Below are positions 41,059 through 51,278 of a DNA stretch of 64,000 bases, piece by piece; positions within the stretch are counted from its first letter, which is position 1; each line of letters opens with the position of its first letter. The stretch spans positions 512,001-576,000 of the forward strand of contig OZ223302.1 of the NCBI GenBank assembly GCA_965140705.1. The letters are read 5' to 3'. This DNA is from an uncultured Arcobacter sp. Its GTDB lineage: Bacteria > Campylobacterota > Campylobacteria > Campylobacterales > Arcobacteraceae. The notes beneath the pieces were generated by a model that saw nothing but the letters and a program-made list of their open reading frames with translations, had not been told where the DNA came from and searched no databases. The position numbers and the translations under genes were made by a program.

Positions 41059-43333
41059 TAAAACTTTTATTATTTTGTTTGAATACACTATTTAATTTCT
41101 CAACCATAACTGATGAAAATACAACAGATGCTATTATAAAAATCCTTTGATTAGTTTCTATAATTTCTTCTGGTGATAATATTCTATATCCCATAAATTC
41201 TTTTTTTGAAGGTTTTGTTTCTATCAAATATTTTACTTTTATATTTCTTATCAACAATTCTGGTAAAAGATTTAAGAAAAATTCTCCAATTCCATAAATT
41301 GAAACTTCAGTAAGATTTATTTGATCAATTTTTTTTAATAGTTTATCTAATTTAACTTGATTGATATCTTGATCTCGATTATATTTATTTTTAATAAAAT
41401 CTGAATCAATTGAAGTAATTGTACCCTCTATCCAAGGAATTTGCTGCCAATATATATATTTATTTGTTTTGTATTTAGTATATACCTCATCAATACCAAT
41501 ACTATTTAAAAAATCTCTACTTTCTTTCGATATTAAAGTAATAGTTTCTAATGTATTTTCAACTGAATTAATATTTAATTTGCCCAAATATTTTACCTCA
41601 TAATTCGTAGGGAATTCAATTACTCTTACCATTAAATTTAATATATCGTCAGATTTAAATATATCTCCTTTTTGGTTATATTTAAAGGATAATTTAAAAT
41701 AATCATCTATTCCTTGATTAAATGCATTAATAATAGTTTCATCTCTAATATCTTTACATTTATCTAATATAGGGACAATAGTATTTTTAACTTTTTTATA
41801 TCCCAATGTAGTACTAAGCATACCGTTAAATAATATTTCAAAAATATCTGGAGACCTTCTTAATAACTCAATCTTATGTTTATTTTTTTCACTATATGAA
41901 ATATAAGTATATTGTTTTTGATTTAAACTATTCTCAAAACCTCTTTTAGTTCTATAAAAAAGTACATTTATAAAACTAGCATTCACTAATTGTGATATTT
42001 TCGTTTGCATTGAAGAGTTTGCACCAAAATCGAATAGAACAAACTTTTCTTTAAATTTTAATGAATACCAATATTTTAAAAATAATTTTAACTGTTCATC
42101 TTTATTTTTTAAAATTTTATCTTCGTTCTTTTTTAAATCATCAGTTATCAGATTAAATATTTTATCAGATTTTTTAATTTCTTCTATTAGCTTATCTTTT
42201 ATAATCACAATTTCGTTATTTTCAATTGTCAAACCAAGCTTATTATAAAAATCTTTTATTTTCCAATTTCTATATAAACTAAAGTTTAAATAATCCAAAT
42301 CATAATCTTCTTTACTTAAAGAAGGTAAGAAAAGTGCTTTTCTAGAAACATATATTTTTTTTAGGGAAAAATTATTTTCTATATTTTCTTTTTTTAAAAT
42401 AACATCAAAATACTTTCTAAATATATCTCCTTCTCTTAGCATAAAACCTAAATCATAACTGGTATTTTCTAAACAAACTCTTTTTAGCCAATGAGAAAAA
42501 GACCAAAAAACAGGACCAATAATTGTTGCACCAAAATTATAAAAGAATTTACTTTTTTCATCCTTATATGGATTATTCACCGCTACCAAATTTCTTAATG
42601 CTAATAAATTTTCAGGATATTCTAAATAATGTTCTTCATTTCTAACTTGCTCAGAATGAATATAATCATAATTATAATATATTGTTTTTATATTTTTGAC
42701 GTTGGCAGAGGAAATATCTGTCAATAAGTTATCACCTATATGAATTATTTCTTCAGGCTTAATACCTTTATCTTCAAATAAATAATTATACATGCTACCA
42801 GTTTGCTTTGTCTTTTTTAAGTCACTTGAGACAAAAATATCATCTACTTCATTTATTCTTTTTAACTTCTTTAAAATTATGTTAAAAATTTGTTCTTTTT
42901 TTAAATACATATCAGAAATAAAAATCACTTTTTTATTATTTTCTATTGCAAGATTAATCCAATGTTCTAACTCTTGATTTACAAATAAATATTTTTCTTC
43001 TGTTTTTAATTCTATTTTTATTAATTTTGCTTGTTCTTCTTTTGTAAGATATGTAAACTGATTATAAATATCATAAATTGATATTTCTTCATCTTTTGAT
43101 TCTTTTCTTGCAAACTTTTCAGCTGTAATTCTTAGTTGTTTAAAATTTGAAGCATTTTCAAACAACTTCTTTACAAACTTATTTAAATGCATTTTAAGAA
43201 ATATATCCGTTGGTTTATTTACTTTTCTAAAAACTAAAGTATCAAAAATATCAAATGAAATATATTTTATATCATTGTCAGTTAAATACTTTTTAAAGGT
43301 CAAAAAGGATTGAGTATTATCAAAAATAGCCAT
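41042..43333 (-). CDS. HAD phosphatase + PRT-like domain protein (probable ribofuranosyltransferase) with C-terminal Rossmann-like module
   Basis: SFDIFDTL, ISDMY and HIGDN..D (HAD), followed by LREG, VSR and FDFGANSSMQ. Confidence 0.7.
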   Translation of the reverse strand: MAIFDNTQSFLTFKKYLTDNDIKYISFDIFDTLVFRKVNKPTDIFLKMHLNKFVKKLFENASNFKQLRITAEKFARKESKDEEISIYDIYNQFTYLTKEEQAKLIKIELKTEEKYLFVNQELEHWINLAIENNKKVIFISDMYLKKEQIFNIILKKLKRINEVDDIFVSSDLKKTKQTGSMYNYLFEDKGIKPEEIIHIGDNLLTDISSANVKNIKTIYYNYDYIHSEQVRNEEHYLEYPENLLALRNLVAVNNPYKDEKSKFFYNFGATIIGPVFWSFSHWLKRVCLENTSYDLGFMLREGDIFRKYFDVILKKENIENNFSLKKIYVSRKALFLPSLSKEDYDLDYLNFSLYRNWKIKDFYNKLGLTIENNEIVIIKDKLIEEIKKSDKIFNLITDDLKKNEDKILKNKDEQLKLFLKYWYSLKFKEKFVLFDFGANSSMQTKISQLVNASFINVLFYRTKRGFENSLNQKQYTYISYSEKNKHKIELLRRSPDIFEILFNGMLSTTLGYKKVKNTIVPILDKCKDIRDETIINAFNQGIDDYFKLSFKYNQKGDIFKSDDILNLMVRVIEFPTNYEVKYLGKLNINSVENTLETITLISKESRDFLNSIGIDEVYTKYKTNKYIYWQQIPWIEGTITSIDSDFIKNKYNRDQDINQVKLDKLLKKIDQINLTEVSIYGIGEFFLNLLPELLIRNIKVKYLIETKPSKKEFMGYRILSPEEIIETNQRIFIIASVVFSSVMVEKLNSVFKQNNKSFKVVQN

Positions 43334-43451
43334 ATGTTAAAATTCCAAATTTTATTAATTAGTATTGATAATATCATTATATTTCTTTATTTTAAATATA
43401 CTTTGATATACTCATATTTTAACTTTTATTAATTAAAATAAAGAAATCACT

Positions 43452-44753
43452 ATGAATAAAGAAAATCCGAGAATCTCAATTTTAGTCCCAATATTTAATG
43501 TTGAAAAATATTTAAATGAATGTTTAAACTCAATTATAAATCAAACATTAAAAAATATAGAAATCATCTGTATAAATGATGGCTCAACTGATAATTCACT
43601 AAATATCATTAAATCATTTATGAAAAAAGACCCCAGAATAAACCTTATAAATAAATCTAATAGTGGCTATGGTGATTCAATGAATCTAGGATTAAAACTT
43701 GCTACTGGAGAATATATTGGTATTGTTGAGTCAGATGATATAGCAAAAAAGAATATGTTTGAATCTTTATATAAGCAAGCAACAAAGTATAATTTTCCAG
43801 ATATTATCAAATCAAATTATTATGAATATTGGGCAAAAAACAATGGAAAAAAAATTAAACTTAATCTTCCAAAAAACTCCTATAAAAAAGTATTTTTACC
43901 TAAAGAGAATCAAGAAATATTTAAATCATTACCAAGTATATGGGCTGCCATATATAAAAAAGATTTCATAATCAATAATAGCATATATTTTAATCCAACA
44001 CCTGGTGCTTCATATCAAGATACAGGATTTAACTTTAAAATTTTAACTCTTGCAAAAACAATGGTATGTGTAAAAAAAGCATATTTAATATATAGAAGAG
44101 ATAATGAATCATCTTCTGTAAATAACCGAGAAAAAGTTTTTTGTATATGTGATGAATTTCAATTGATTGAAACATTTTTAAAAACTAATCCATATTTACA
44201 AAAGAGTCTTAAACCAATTGAAACTAGTATAAAATTTTCAACATATCTAAGAAATTATCATAGAATAAGTATAGATTATAAAAAAGAGTTTCTTAAATTT
44301 GTAAAAAATGAATTAAAAAAAGAGAAAGAAGAAGGTTGGATAAAAAAGGAAAAATTTACTTCTTCAGAATGGACTCTTTTGAAAGCTTTATTAGATGATA
44401 ATTTTGAAGAAGTATTAAAAAAACAACATAAAAAATACTTAGACTTTTATATAAAAAAATTAAACCTTAAACTTAAAACTATCAATACAAAAAAACATAT
44501 TATACTTTATGGATTTAATGATTTAGCAAAAGAACTTTACAAAACTGTGATAAATAAATTTGATAATATTGAAATTATAGATAAAAATAAAGCAGGGAAC
44601 TCATATAAAAATACTCAAATAAAAAGTATAGAAGAAACTCTACTAAGTCAAGATAAGATTATAGTTATTTGTACAATAAATGAAATCTTTATAAAAGAGA
44701 TAAAAAAAACAATTTTAAATATGAATAAGGATATTCAAATAATATCCTTATAA
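43452..44753 (+). CDS. Glycosyltransferase family 2 with C-terminal Rossmann-like module
   Basis: ISILVPIFNVEKYL, INDGSTD, GIVESDD and SYQDTGF. Confidence 0.92.
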   Translation: MNKENPRISILVPIFNVEKYLNECLNSIINQTLKNIEIICINDGSTDNSLNIIKSFMKKDPRINLINKSNSGYGDSMNLGLKLATGEYIGIVESDDIAKKNMFESLYKQATKYNFPDIIKSNYYEYWAKNNGKKIKLNLPKNSYKKVFLPKENQEIFKSLPSIWAAIYKKDFIINNSIYFNPTPGASYQDTGFNFKILTLAKTMVCVKKAYLIYRRDNESSSVNNREKVFCICDEFQLIETFLKTNPYLQKSLKPIETSIKFSTYLRNYHRISIDYKKEFLKFVKNELKKEKEEGWIKKEKFTSSEWTLLKALLDDNFEEVLKKQHKKYLDFYIKKLNLKLKTINTKKHIILYGFNDLAKELYKTVINKFDNIEIIDKNKAGNSYKNTQIKSIEETLLSQDKIIVICTINEIFIKEIKKTILNMNKDIQIISL

Positions 44754-44757
44754 AATA

Positions 44758-45813
44758 TTATAATTCAAATGTTGATTTTATAGAAAAAATATCTTCAAAA
44801 GAGTCATTTATAATCTTTTTAGAAAAATCAAAATCCTCTTGACTCATATCTTCTTTTGTATATCTTCCTTTAGATGTAGCATCATTAAGACAATACATAT
44901 CATAATTACCTGAAAGAATATCCCTAGATGCAATAACACAATCTTCTTTTGTTCTTAATTCAATATGCTTTCTTTTTTTTACAAAACTTGATACTTTTGC
45001 AGGATAAAATTTTCCACTAACTAGTTGCCAATATCTAAATAAATATTGGTTTATATCTTCATTATCTCTAAACTTAGATTCTGAAGTTTTTTCTAGATTT
45101 TCTTTTTCCTTTAACCATACTTCTTCAAATGTTGACTTTAAATATGAATGTGGATGGTGATAATCTTTAAACCCTGTAAATGTTTTCCAATATAATAAAA
45201 GAAGTGAAGGGAAAGAAGAAAAACCATAATTTGGATGGAACCACTTTAAAAGGTTTTTCTTTATAATCCCCCTTTTTGTAAGCTTTTTTCCTACATGTCT
45301 ATTGAAATTTTTATTTATTAAATCAATATCATTCATAACAATATGCTGTATTAATCCTTCATGCATAATACTTGAAATTGCCATATCAACTGGCAAATCA
45401 TTTTTAAAGAAATCTTCTTTTTTCATAGGCTTTAAAATAAATGTATCATCATTAAAATACACAAACTTTTCACTCATACCTTTTATTCTATGAAAATTTA
45501 TTTCAATTGGATGGGAACTAAAGGTGGGTAAATATTTTTTATCCATATAATCTTCATGTTTAACTATGACTAATTTAGGATGATTTGTATTTAACCACTT
45601 TGGGAAATGTCCCCAAGTAACAAAATAAATTTTATTTACCCACGGAGTAAATTGTTCAAAAGCTCTAAAAATATATTGTAAGTTATCCCAGTCTTTATAC
45701 CTATCTTTAGTATTCAAAATTTTATTTGTAGGAGCATATTTATTAAACTCATCTAACCATTTTGGATCATTTCCATCAACCCATGGTATTACAAAATCTA
45801 TTTTATCAACCAC
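44758..45813 (-). CDS. Stealth-family hexose-1-phosphate transferase
   Basis: CR1 IDFVIPWVDGND, CR2 TFSSHPIE...VYFNDD, CR3 HHPHS and CR4 CLND. Confidence 0.92.
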   Translation of the reverse strand: MVDKIDFVIPWVDGNDPKWLDEFNKYAPTNKILNTKDRYKDWDNLQYIFRAFEQFTPWVNKIYFVTWGHFPKWLNTNHPKLVIVKHEDYMDKKYLPTFSSHPIEINFHRIKGMSEKFVYFNDDTFILKPMKKEDFFKNDLPVDMAISSIMHEGLIQHIVMNDIDLINKNFNRHVGKKLTKRGIIKKNLLKWFHPNYGFSSFPSLLLLYWKTFTGFKDYHHPHSYLKSTFEEVWLKEKENLEKTSESKFRDNEDINQYLFRYWQLVSGKFYPAKVSSFVKKRKHIELRTKEDCVIASRDILSGNYDMYCLNDATSKGRYTKEDMSQEDFDFSKKIINDSFEDIFSIKSTFEL

Positions 45814-46950
45814 TTAAAGTCCTTGAAACACTTCTAATGAATGTTCAACAATATCATCCATATCATAATATTTATATTCCGCAAGTCTTCCTACTAAAAC
45901 TAAATTCTCAAACTTTTTTGAGTATTCTAAATATTTATTATAATTTATTTGGTTTTTTTCTGTAAAAATTGGATAATAAGGAGTGTTCTCACCTATTTTA
46001 TACTCTTGCGGATACTCTTTTAAAATAGTTGTTTTATCACTTTTAGTAGGATGTATATGCTTAAACTCTGTTATTCTTGTGAAGTTATAATCATTTGGAT
46101 AGTTTACTGTTGCTTTTTCTTGATAAAACTCTTTTTCAACTGTTTCAAACTTCATATCAACACTTCTATATGGTAGTTCTCCGAATTTATAATCAAATAG
46201 TTCATCTATTTGCCCTGTATAGATAACCTTACCATCGAATTTTGTATCAAATAAATAAAAGTCTTTTTCTCTTAAACTACATACTTCTTTAAAATCTGTA
46301 TTTGTCATGATTTTTATATTTTTATGACTTAACATATTTTCTATCATCTTTGTATAACCATTAGAAGGAAGCATTTGATAGCTATCATTAAAATATCTAT
46401 TATCACGTCCTATAAACACAGGGACTCTAGCAGTAACTGCTGAGTCCATATCTTCTGGTTTCATACCCCACTGTTTAGCTGTATAATTCACAAAAATCTT
46501 ATCATAAATATAATCAGCTAAAAATGCCAAATCTTTATCCTCTGATTTTTTAAGTTCTAAAATTGGTATTTTTGAATTATATTCATAGTTTTGTAAAAGT
46601 TTATCTGCTAATGTTTTTGCCTTTGACTTGGGGAAAACTTCATTCAAGGTATTAAAGTTAAAAGGAATAGAGACTTTCTTACCATCTATATAAGCTAATA
46701 CTTCATGATTATATATATCCCAAGAGGTAAATTGAGATAGATAATCAACTACTTCTTTATTGTTTGTATGAAAAAGATGTGGACCATATTTGTGGATTAA
46801 AATATTGTTTTCATCTTTATAATCAAAACAATTTCCACCTATGTGATTTCGTTTTTCTATTATCAATACTTTCTTATCAAGTTTATTTGCAATTCTCTCA
46901 GCTAATATGCATCCAGCTAATCCAGCACCTACAATTATATAATCAATCAT
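45814..46950 (-). CDS. glf: UDP-galactopyranose mutase
   Basis: IVGAGLAG, HIGGNC, HKYGPHLFHT, YTAKQWG, RITEFKH and GRLAEYKYYDMD. Confidence 0.96.
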   Translation of the reverse strand: MIDYIIVGAGLAGCILAERIANKLDKKVLIIEKRNHIGGNCFDYKDENNILIHKYGPHLFHTNNKEVVDYLSQFTSWDIYNHEVLAYIDGKKVSIPFNFNTLNEVFPKSKAKTLADKLLQNYEYNSKIPILELKKSEDKDLAFLADYIYDKIFVNYTAKQWGMKPEDMDSAVTARVPVFIGRDNRYFNDSYQMLPSNGYTKMIENMLSHKNIKIMTNTDFKEVCSLREKDFYLFDTKFDGKVIYTGQIDELFDYKFGELPYRSVDMKFETVEKEFYQEKATVNYPNDYNFTRITEFKHIHPTKSDKTTILKEYPQEYKIGENTPYYPIFTEKNQINYNKYLEYSKKFENLVLVGRLAEYKYYDMDDIVEHSLEVFQGL

Positions 46951-47916
46951 CTATTTACCTTTTAAAATCTTTGTTGGTTTTTCATTATCAAAATGACCTC
47001 TGATTCCATCAAAAAAAGAGTTTGAAGCAAAAACCACTCGTACCCATTTTTTATCATCATAAAAAATAATATCTTTTATTAAATCAAAGTATAATTTTAT
47101 AGCTAAAAAATATCGCTTATAGCCTTTACCATATTTTAAAGCTATAAAAATAGAATTCCTAAGCCCAAAATACTTAAGCCAAAGTCTTTCAAACTTTATT
47201 CTATTTTTTTTGAATCCTAAAAATTGTCGCTCACATTTCTCTTCTTGACGTTTTTCTTTGTGATAAATTCTACTATCATTTATCATTAGTATTTTACCAA
47301 GAGTAGCAAGTCTTAGACTATATTCTGTGTCATCATGATGTATAAAAAACCTCTCTTCCGGAAGCCCTACTTTTTTTACAGAAGATATAGGAATAAGTAT
47401 TCCAACAAAAGAAGCCATTTCTATTTCACTTTTTTCTTTTTCATACTCTTTTAAATCAATTGCTTTTTGAAAAGCTGGTAAACAATTTTCATAATCAAAA
47501 ATACCCCTATGACCAAAGGCTGAGATAATATTGTTTTCTTTTGTCCCAATCAGAGTTTTGGGAGCATAGGCACTGTATTTCGTATCATCTAGATTATTTA
47601 TCAATAGTTCTAAAGCATTTAATTCAGGCTCTGCATCATCATCCATTAGCCATACATAATCATAATCATTTTCTTGTGCATACTTTACACCAAAGTAAAA
47701 TCCACCTGCTCCACCTGTGTTTTTTTCTAATCTTTTATAAATAATCTCTTTATTATCTAAATATCCATCTTCAACTATTTTTTTCTCTGTCCCATCTATT
47801 GAAGCATTATCTACTAGCAAAATATCATTTTTAAAAGTTTGATTTAAAAGGGAATCTAAACACTCTTTTAAAAGTTCATATCTATTATAAGTAACTACAA
47901 CTGTGCAGATTTTCAC
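46951..47916 (-). CDS. Glycosyltransferase family 2, probable galactofuranosyltransferase
   Basis: VVTYNR, NTGGAGGF, WLMDDD, SFVG and FFIHHDDTEYSLR; adjacent to glf. Confidence 0.82.
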   Translation of the reverse strand: MKICTVVVTYNRYELLKECLDSLLNQTFKNDILLVDNASIDGTEKKIVEDGYLDNKEIIYKRLEKNTGGAGGFYFGVKYAQENDYDYVWLMDDDAEPELNALELLINNLDDTKYSAYAPKTLIGTKENNIISAFGHRGIFDYENCLPAFQKAIDLKEYEKEKSEIEMASFVGILIPISSVKKVGLPEERFFIHHDDTEYSLRLATLGKILMINDSRIYHKEKRQEEKCERQFLGFKKNRIKFERLWLKYFGLRNSIFIALKYGKGYKRYFLAIKLYFDLIKDIIFYDDKKWVRVVFASNSFFDGIRGHFDNEKPTKILKGK

Positions 47917-49259
47917 TATTGCTCTTTTCTTCTTATTTTTTTAAATCTATCAGAAAAGTTAGTTCTCTCCACAAGATTTACTTTTGTAGGTATTTTATAG
48001 TTATCTAACTTTTCTTTACAAAAAGATCTAACCAATTTCTTTAACTCTTTTTTGTCAAGTTCTTTTGAACAAACTACATCACAAACTACTGTTTGTCCTG
48101 TAATTGCATTTTGTTCGCTATAAACCATACAATCTTCTATCTCATCCATAGATAAAACAACAGATTCAACCTCAGCAGGTAGAACTTTTTCTCCACCTAC
48201 ATTGATTACCTCTTTTCCTCGACCTATAATTTTTAGATATCCATCTTCTATCTCTTCAACTAAATCTCCAGTTTTAAACCAACCATCGCTTGTAAAAGAG
48301 TCCATGTTAGCATTTAAGTATCCTAAAACTTGAGTTTTACTTCTAAGCCAAAGCTCTCCTTCTACTATTTTATACTCTTGATTTTCATCTTCTATTTTCA
48401 TATACAAAGAATCAGATGATTTAGAACTTGTAGTACTTATTCCTGTCTCACTTGTACCAAAAGTTTGTAGAAATTTTACCCTTGGAAATATCTCTTTTAG
48501 TTTTATCAAAAGTGATTCTGGCATTGCTTCAGTTCCATAAGTTATCATTCGAAGAGTTCGCAAGTTATAATTTAAATACTCACCTGAGATTAGAATAAGA
48601 TTTAAAAATGTAGGACTAGAAGGTAATACCATGATTTTATAATCTTGAATAAGCTCACAAATTGTCTTAGCATCTCTATTTTTAGGAATAATTAGACAAG
48701 CACCCATTGAAAGAGCATTGAAAAGTGTATTTAATCCACCTATATGGTCAAACATAAGGAAAACCAGCATATTCATAGCTTTTGCTCTTTTGTCTTTATA
48801 TGTGCTTATTAAGTTGTCTAGATTGTGTATCATAGCTTTTGGTTTACCAGTACTTCCACTTGAAAAAAGTACTAGTCCAGAGTTTTTATTATCTTTTAGA
48901 TTCTTTATCATATCATGGGAACTATTTACAGGTAATCTATCTATTTTTATTTCGCCATCAATTTTTATACTATATTCACAAAATGATTCTTGCATATACT
49001 CATTTTGAAGTTTTTCTAAAGGTGTAGTTATGGGTACTATTATATTTTTATTATCATATAAAGCAAAAAACAAAGCTATGTTTTCAAAGGAATAATCTCC
49101 TAAAATAGATACAACAGATGAATTTGGAATTTTATCTTTTAAAATTGCTTGATATTCATAAATTTTATTTAATAAATCTTCATAAGAGTAGCTTTTATCT
49201 TCAACTACTATGGCATTTAACTCTTTAAATGTAGAAAATTTATCAAATAAATAATTCAT
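47916..49259 (-). CDS. ANL-superfamily adenylation enzyme (acyl-ACP/CoA ligase)
   Basis: FSSGSTGKPK, FGTSE, WFKTGDL and GRGKEVINVGGEKV. Confidence 0.9.
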   Translation of the reverse strand: MNYLFDKFSTFKELNAIVVEDKSYSYEDLLNKIYEYQAILKDKIPNSSVVSILGDYSFENIALFFALYDNKNIIVPITTPLEKLQNEYMQESFCEYSIKIDGEIKIDRLPVNSSHDMIKNLKDNKNSGLVLFSSGSTGKPKAMIHNLDNLISTYKDKRAKAMNMLVFLMFDHIGGLNTLFNALSMGACLIIPKNRDAKTICELIQDYKIMVLPSSPTFLNLILISGEYLNYNLRTLRMITYGTEAMPESLLIKLKEIFPRVKFLQTFGTSETGISTTSSKSSDSLYMKIEDENQEYKIVEGELWLRSKTQVLGYLNANMDSFTSDGWFKTGDLVEEIEDGYLKIIGRGKEVINVGGEKVLPAEVESVVLSMDEIEDCMVYSEQNAITGQTVVCDVVCSKELDKKELKKLVRSFCKEKLDNYKIPTKVNLVERTNFSDRFKKIRRKEQ

Positions 49260-49960
49260 TAGTTAGAAACCCCACCAAGATATATTATTTGTCCCGTTAC
49301 AAAATCACTTTTTCTACTTATAAAAAAATCAATCACATTTTTTATATCATCAAATTGCCCAAATCTTTTTATGGTTTGTTTTGCCAAAAGTTCATCTATT
49401 TTATCTTTGGGAACTGCTTTTATTAGGTCTGTTTGAACAGGCGTTGGTCCTATGGCATTTACTGTTATATTAAAAGGTGCTAACTCTTTTGCAGAAGTTT
49501 GTGTGAAGTTTTCTATTGCTGCTTTGCTTGCAGCATATATTGCTTCCCCTTCAAGTCTAAGAGCACTTGCAACTGTTGTATAGTTTACTACTCTTCCATA
49601 CTTTTGTTTCATCATCACCTTTGATACTTCTCTTGTAAAAATAAATGTTCCTAAAAAATTTGTAGCAAATATTTTTTCTACACTTGATACAGATGTTGTA
49701 AGGATATGATTCATAGATGCCATTCCAGCATTATTTAATAAAATATCGATTTTACCAAACTCTTTTTTTACTTCTCGAATCATTTTAATAACTGCTTTTT
49801 CATCATTTACTTCTAAAGAAAAGTGTCTATAGTTATCATTCTTTATAGAACTCTCACCCCTTGAACAACCTATTACTATCTCACCATTTTCTAAATAGTA
49901 GTTTGCTAAAGCTTGCCCTATTCCTTTTGAGGTTCCAGTTATAAGTATAATTTGACTCAT
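49259..49960 (-). CDS. SDR oxidoreductase (FabG-like)
   Basis: TGTSKGIG, NNAG, YAASK and VTGQ. Confidence 0.9.
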   Translation of the reverse strand: MSQIILITGTSKGIGQALANYYLENGEIVIGCSRGESSIKNDNYRHFSLEVNDEKAVIKMIREVKKEFGKIDILLNNAGMASMNHILTTSVSSVEKIFATNFLGTFIFTREVSKVMMKQKYGRVVNYTTVASALRLEGEAIYAASKAAIENFTQTSAKELAPFNITVNAIGPTPVQTDLIKAVPKDKIDELLAKQTIKRFGQFDDIKNVIDFFISRKSDFVTGQIIYLGGVSN

Positions 49961-50247
49961 TACTCTTCCAAAAGTGATTTAATATAAATTGTTAGACTCT
50001 CAACACTTCTAAAAGGAGAAGTTTTAGCACTCATAGCCTTTTCATCTGCTAAAACAATATCTTTATCAAACTCATCACTAATTCTCTCTTCTAAATCAGT
50101 TATAAATGATACTAAAGCTAGTGAATCCATGCCATTTGTTCCATAAAGCTTTGTTTTGCTTGTAGGATTTTCAAAGTTTTCATTCTCTAACTCTTCATTT
50201 AGCTCAACTAAAGTTTCACATATTATATTTTCTATTTTCTCTACCAT
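49960..50247 (-). CDS. Acyl carrier protein
   Basis: 95 aa, acidic, GMDSL phosphopantetheinylation motif. Confidence 0.85.
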   Translation of the reverse strand: MVEKIENIICETLVELNEELENENFENPTSKTKLYGTNGMDSLALVSFITDLEERISDEFDKDIVLADEKAMSAKTSPFRSVESLTIYIKSLLEE

Positions 50248-50255
50248 CTTTTCTC

Positions 50256-51278
50256 CTACTCTACTCTATCGCCCAAAGTATAATCTTTTGTAGCCTTTGT
50301 TCCTATTATATCTTTTTTATATTTAGGATGTTTACCATATCCTGGTCTTACACTTTTTATATTTTCTTGTGAAAAAAGTTCACCCTTCTTTATATCTTTA
50401 CATACATATAAACTTCTACAAAATCTTCTTTGAGCTTCTCTTTTTTCATCAAGGCTATAATCAACTCTTCCTAGTAGTTTTTCAGTATCTCTTATATCTT
50501 TTACCATTTTGGTAAATTCAAGCTTATTCATTGAAAACTCACTATCAGGTCCCCCAATAGACTTGTCCAAGATAAAATGTTTTTCTATAACTCTAGCTCC
50601 TAAAGTTACAGCAGCTATAGGAGCAGTACTTCCAATAGTATGATCTGAAAATCCACTTATTACTCCAAAGGTTTCAGCCATATCTGGTATCATTTTTAAG
50701 TTTGCTAACTCCATTGGTGCGGGATAAGCACTTGTACATTTTAGAAGTATGATATTTTTATTTCCAACACTTTTACAAATATTTACCACATCTCCTATCT
50801 CTTCATATGTAGCTATTCCAGCACTTATAATTATGGGTTTCATTTTAGAAGCTACATACTCTACAAGTTCATAATCAGTGATTTCAAAAGAGGCTATTTT
50901 GTAAGCACTTGGATTAAACTGCTCTAAAAAATCAACTGAACTTTTATCAAAAGGAGTTGAGAAAATATCAATATCAAGACTTCTTGCATAAGAAAAAAGT
51001 TCTTCATGCCACTCCCAAGGAGTGAAAGCTTCTTCATAAAGTTCATAAAGGCTCTTTCCATCCCACAACGTTCCACCATCTATCATAAAATCATCTTTTT
51101 TGCAATCTAAAGTTATGGTATCAGCTCTATAGGTTTGGATTTTAATAGCATCAGATCCAGCTTCTTTTGCAGCTTTTATAGTATCAAAAGCTGTTTGTAA
51201 AGAGCCATTATGATTTGCACTAAGCTCTGCTACTATGTATGTTTTATCTCTAGTAAAATCAAACTTCCCTATTTTCAA
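50256..51278 (-). CDS. pseI: Pseudaminic acid synthase
   Basis: AELSANHNG, KIQTY.ADTITLD, LWDG..LY.LY, TPWEWH and KIASFEITD; in the pse cluster. Confidence 0.93.
   Translation of the reverse strand: MKIGKFDFTRDKTYIVAELSANHNGSLQTAFDTIKAAKEAGSDAIKIQTYRADTITLDCKKDDFMIDGGTLWDGKSLYELYEEAFTPWEWHEELFSYARSLDIDIFSTPFDKSSVDFLEQFNPSAYKIASFEITDYELVEYVASKMKPIIISAGIATYEEIGDVVNICKSVGNKNIILLKCTSAYPAPMELANLKMIPDMAETFGVISGFSDHTIGSTAPIAAVTLGARVIEKHFILDKSIGGPDSEFSMNKLEFTKMVKDIRDTEKLLGRVDYSLDEKREAQRRFCRSLYVCKDIKKGELFSQENIKSVRPGYGKHPKYKKDIIGTKATKDYTLGDRVE

Noticed and set aside
32919..47916. Stand-alone capsule or O-antigen locus
   Set aside because: No flippase, polymerase, ABC/Kps exporter or initiating transferase in the window; use of unlinked export genes cannot be excluded.
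47916..50247. NRPS/PKS secondary-metabolite cluster
   Set aside because: No condensation or ketosynthase domain, and the genes are coupled to the pse operon.
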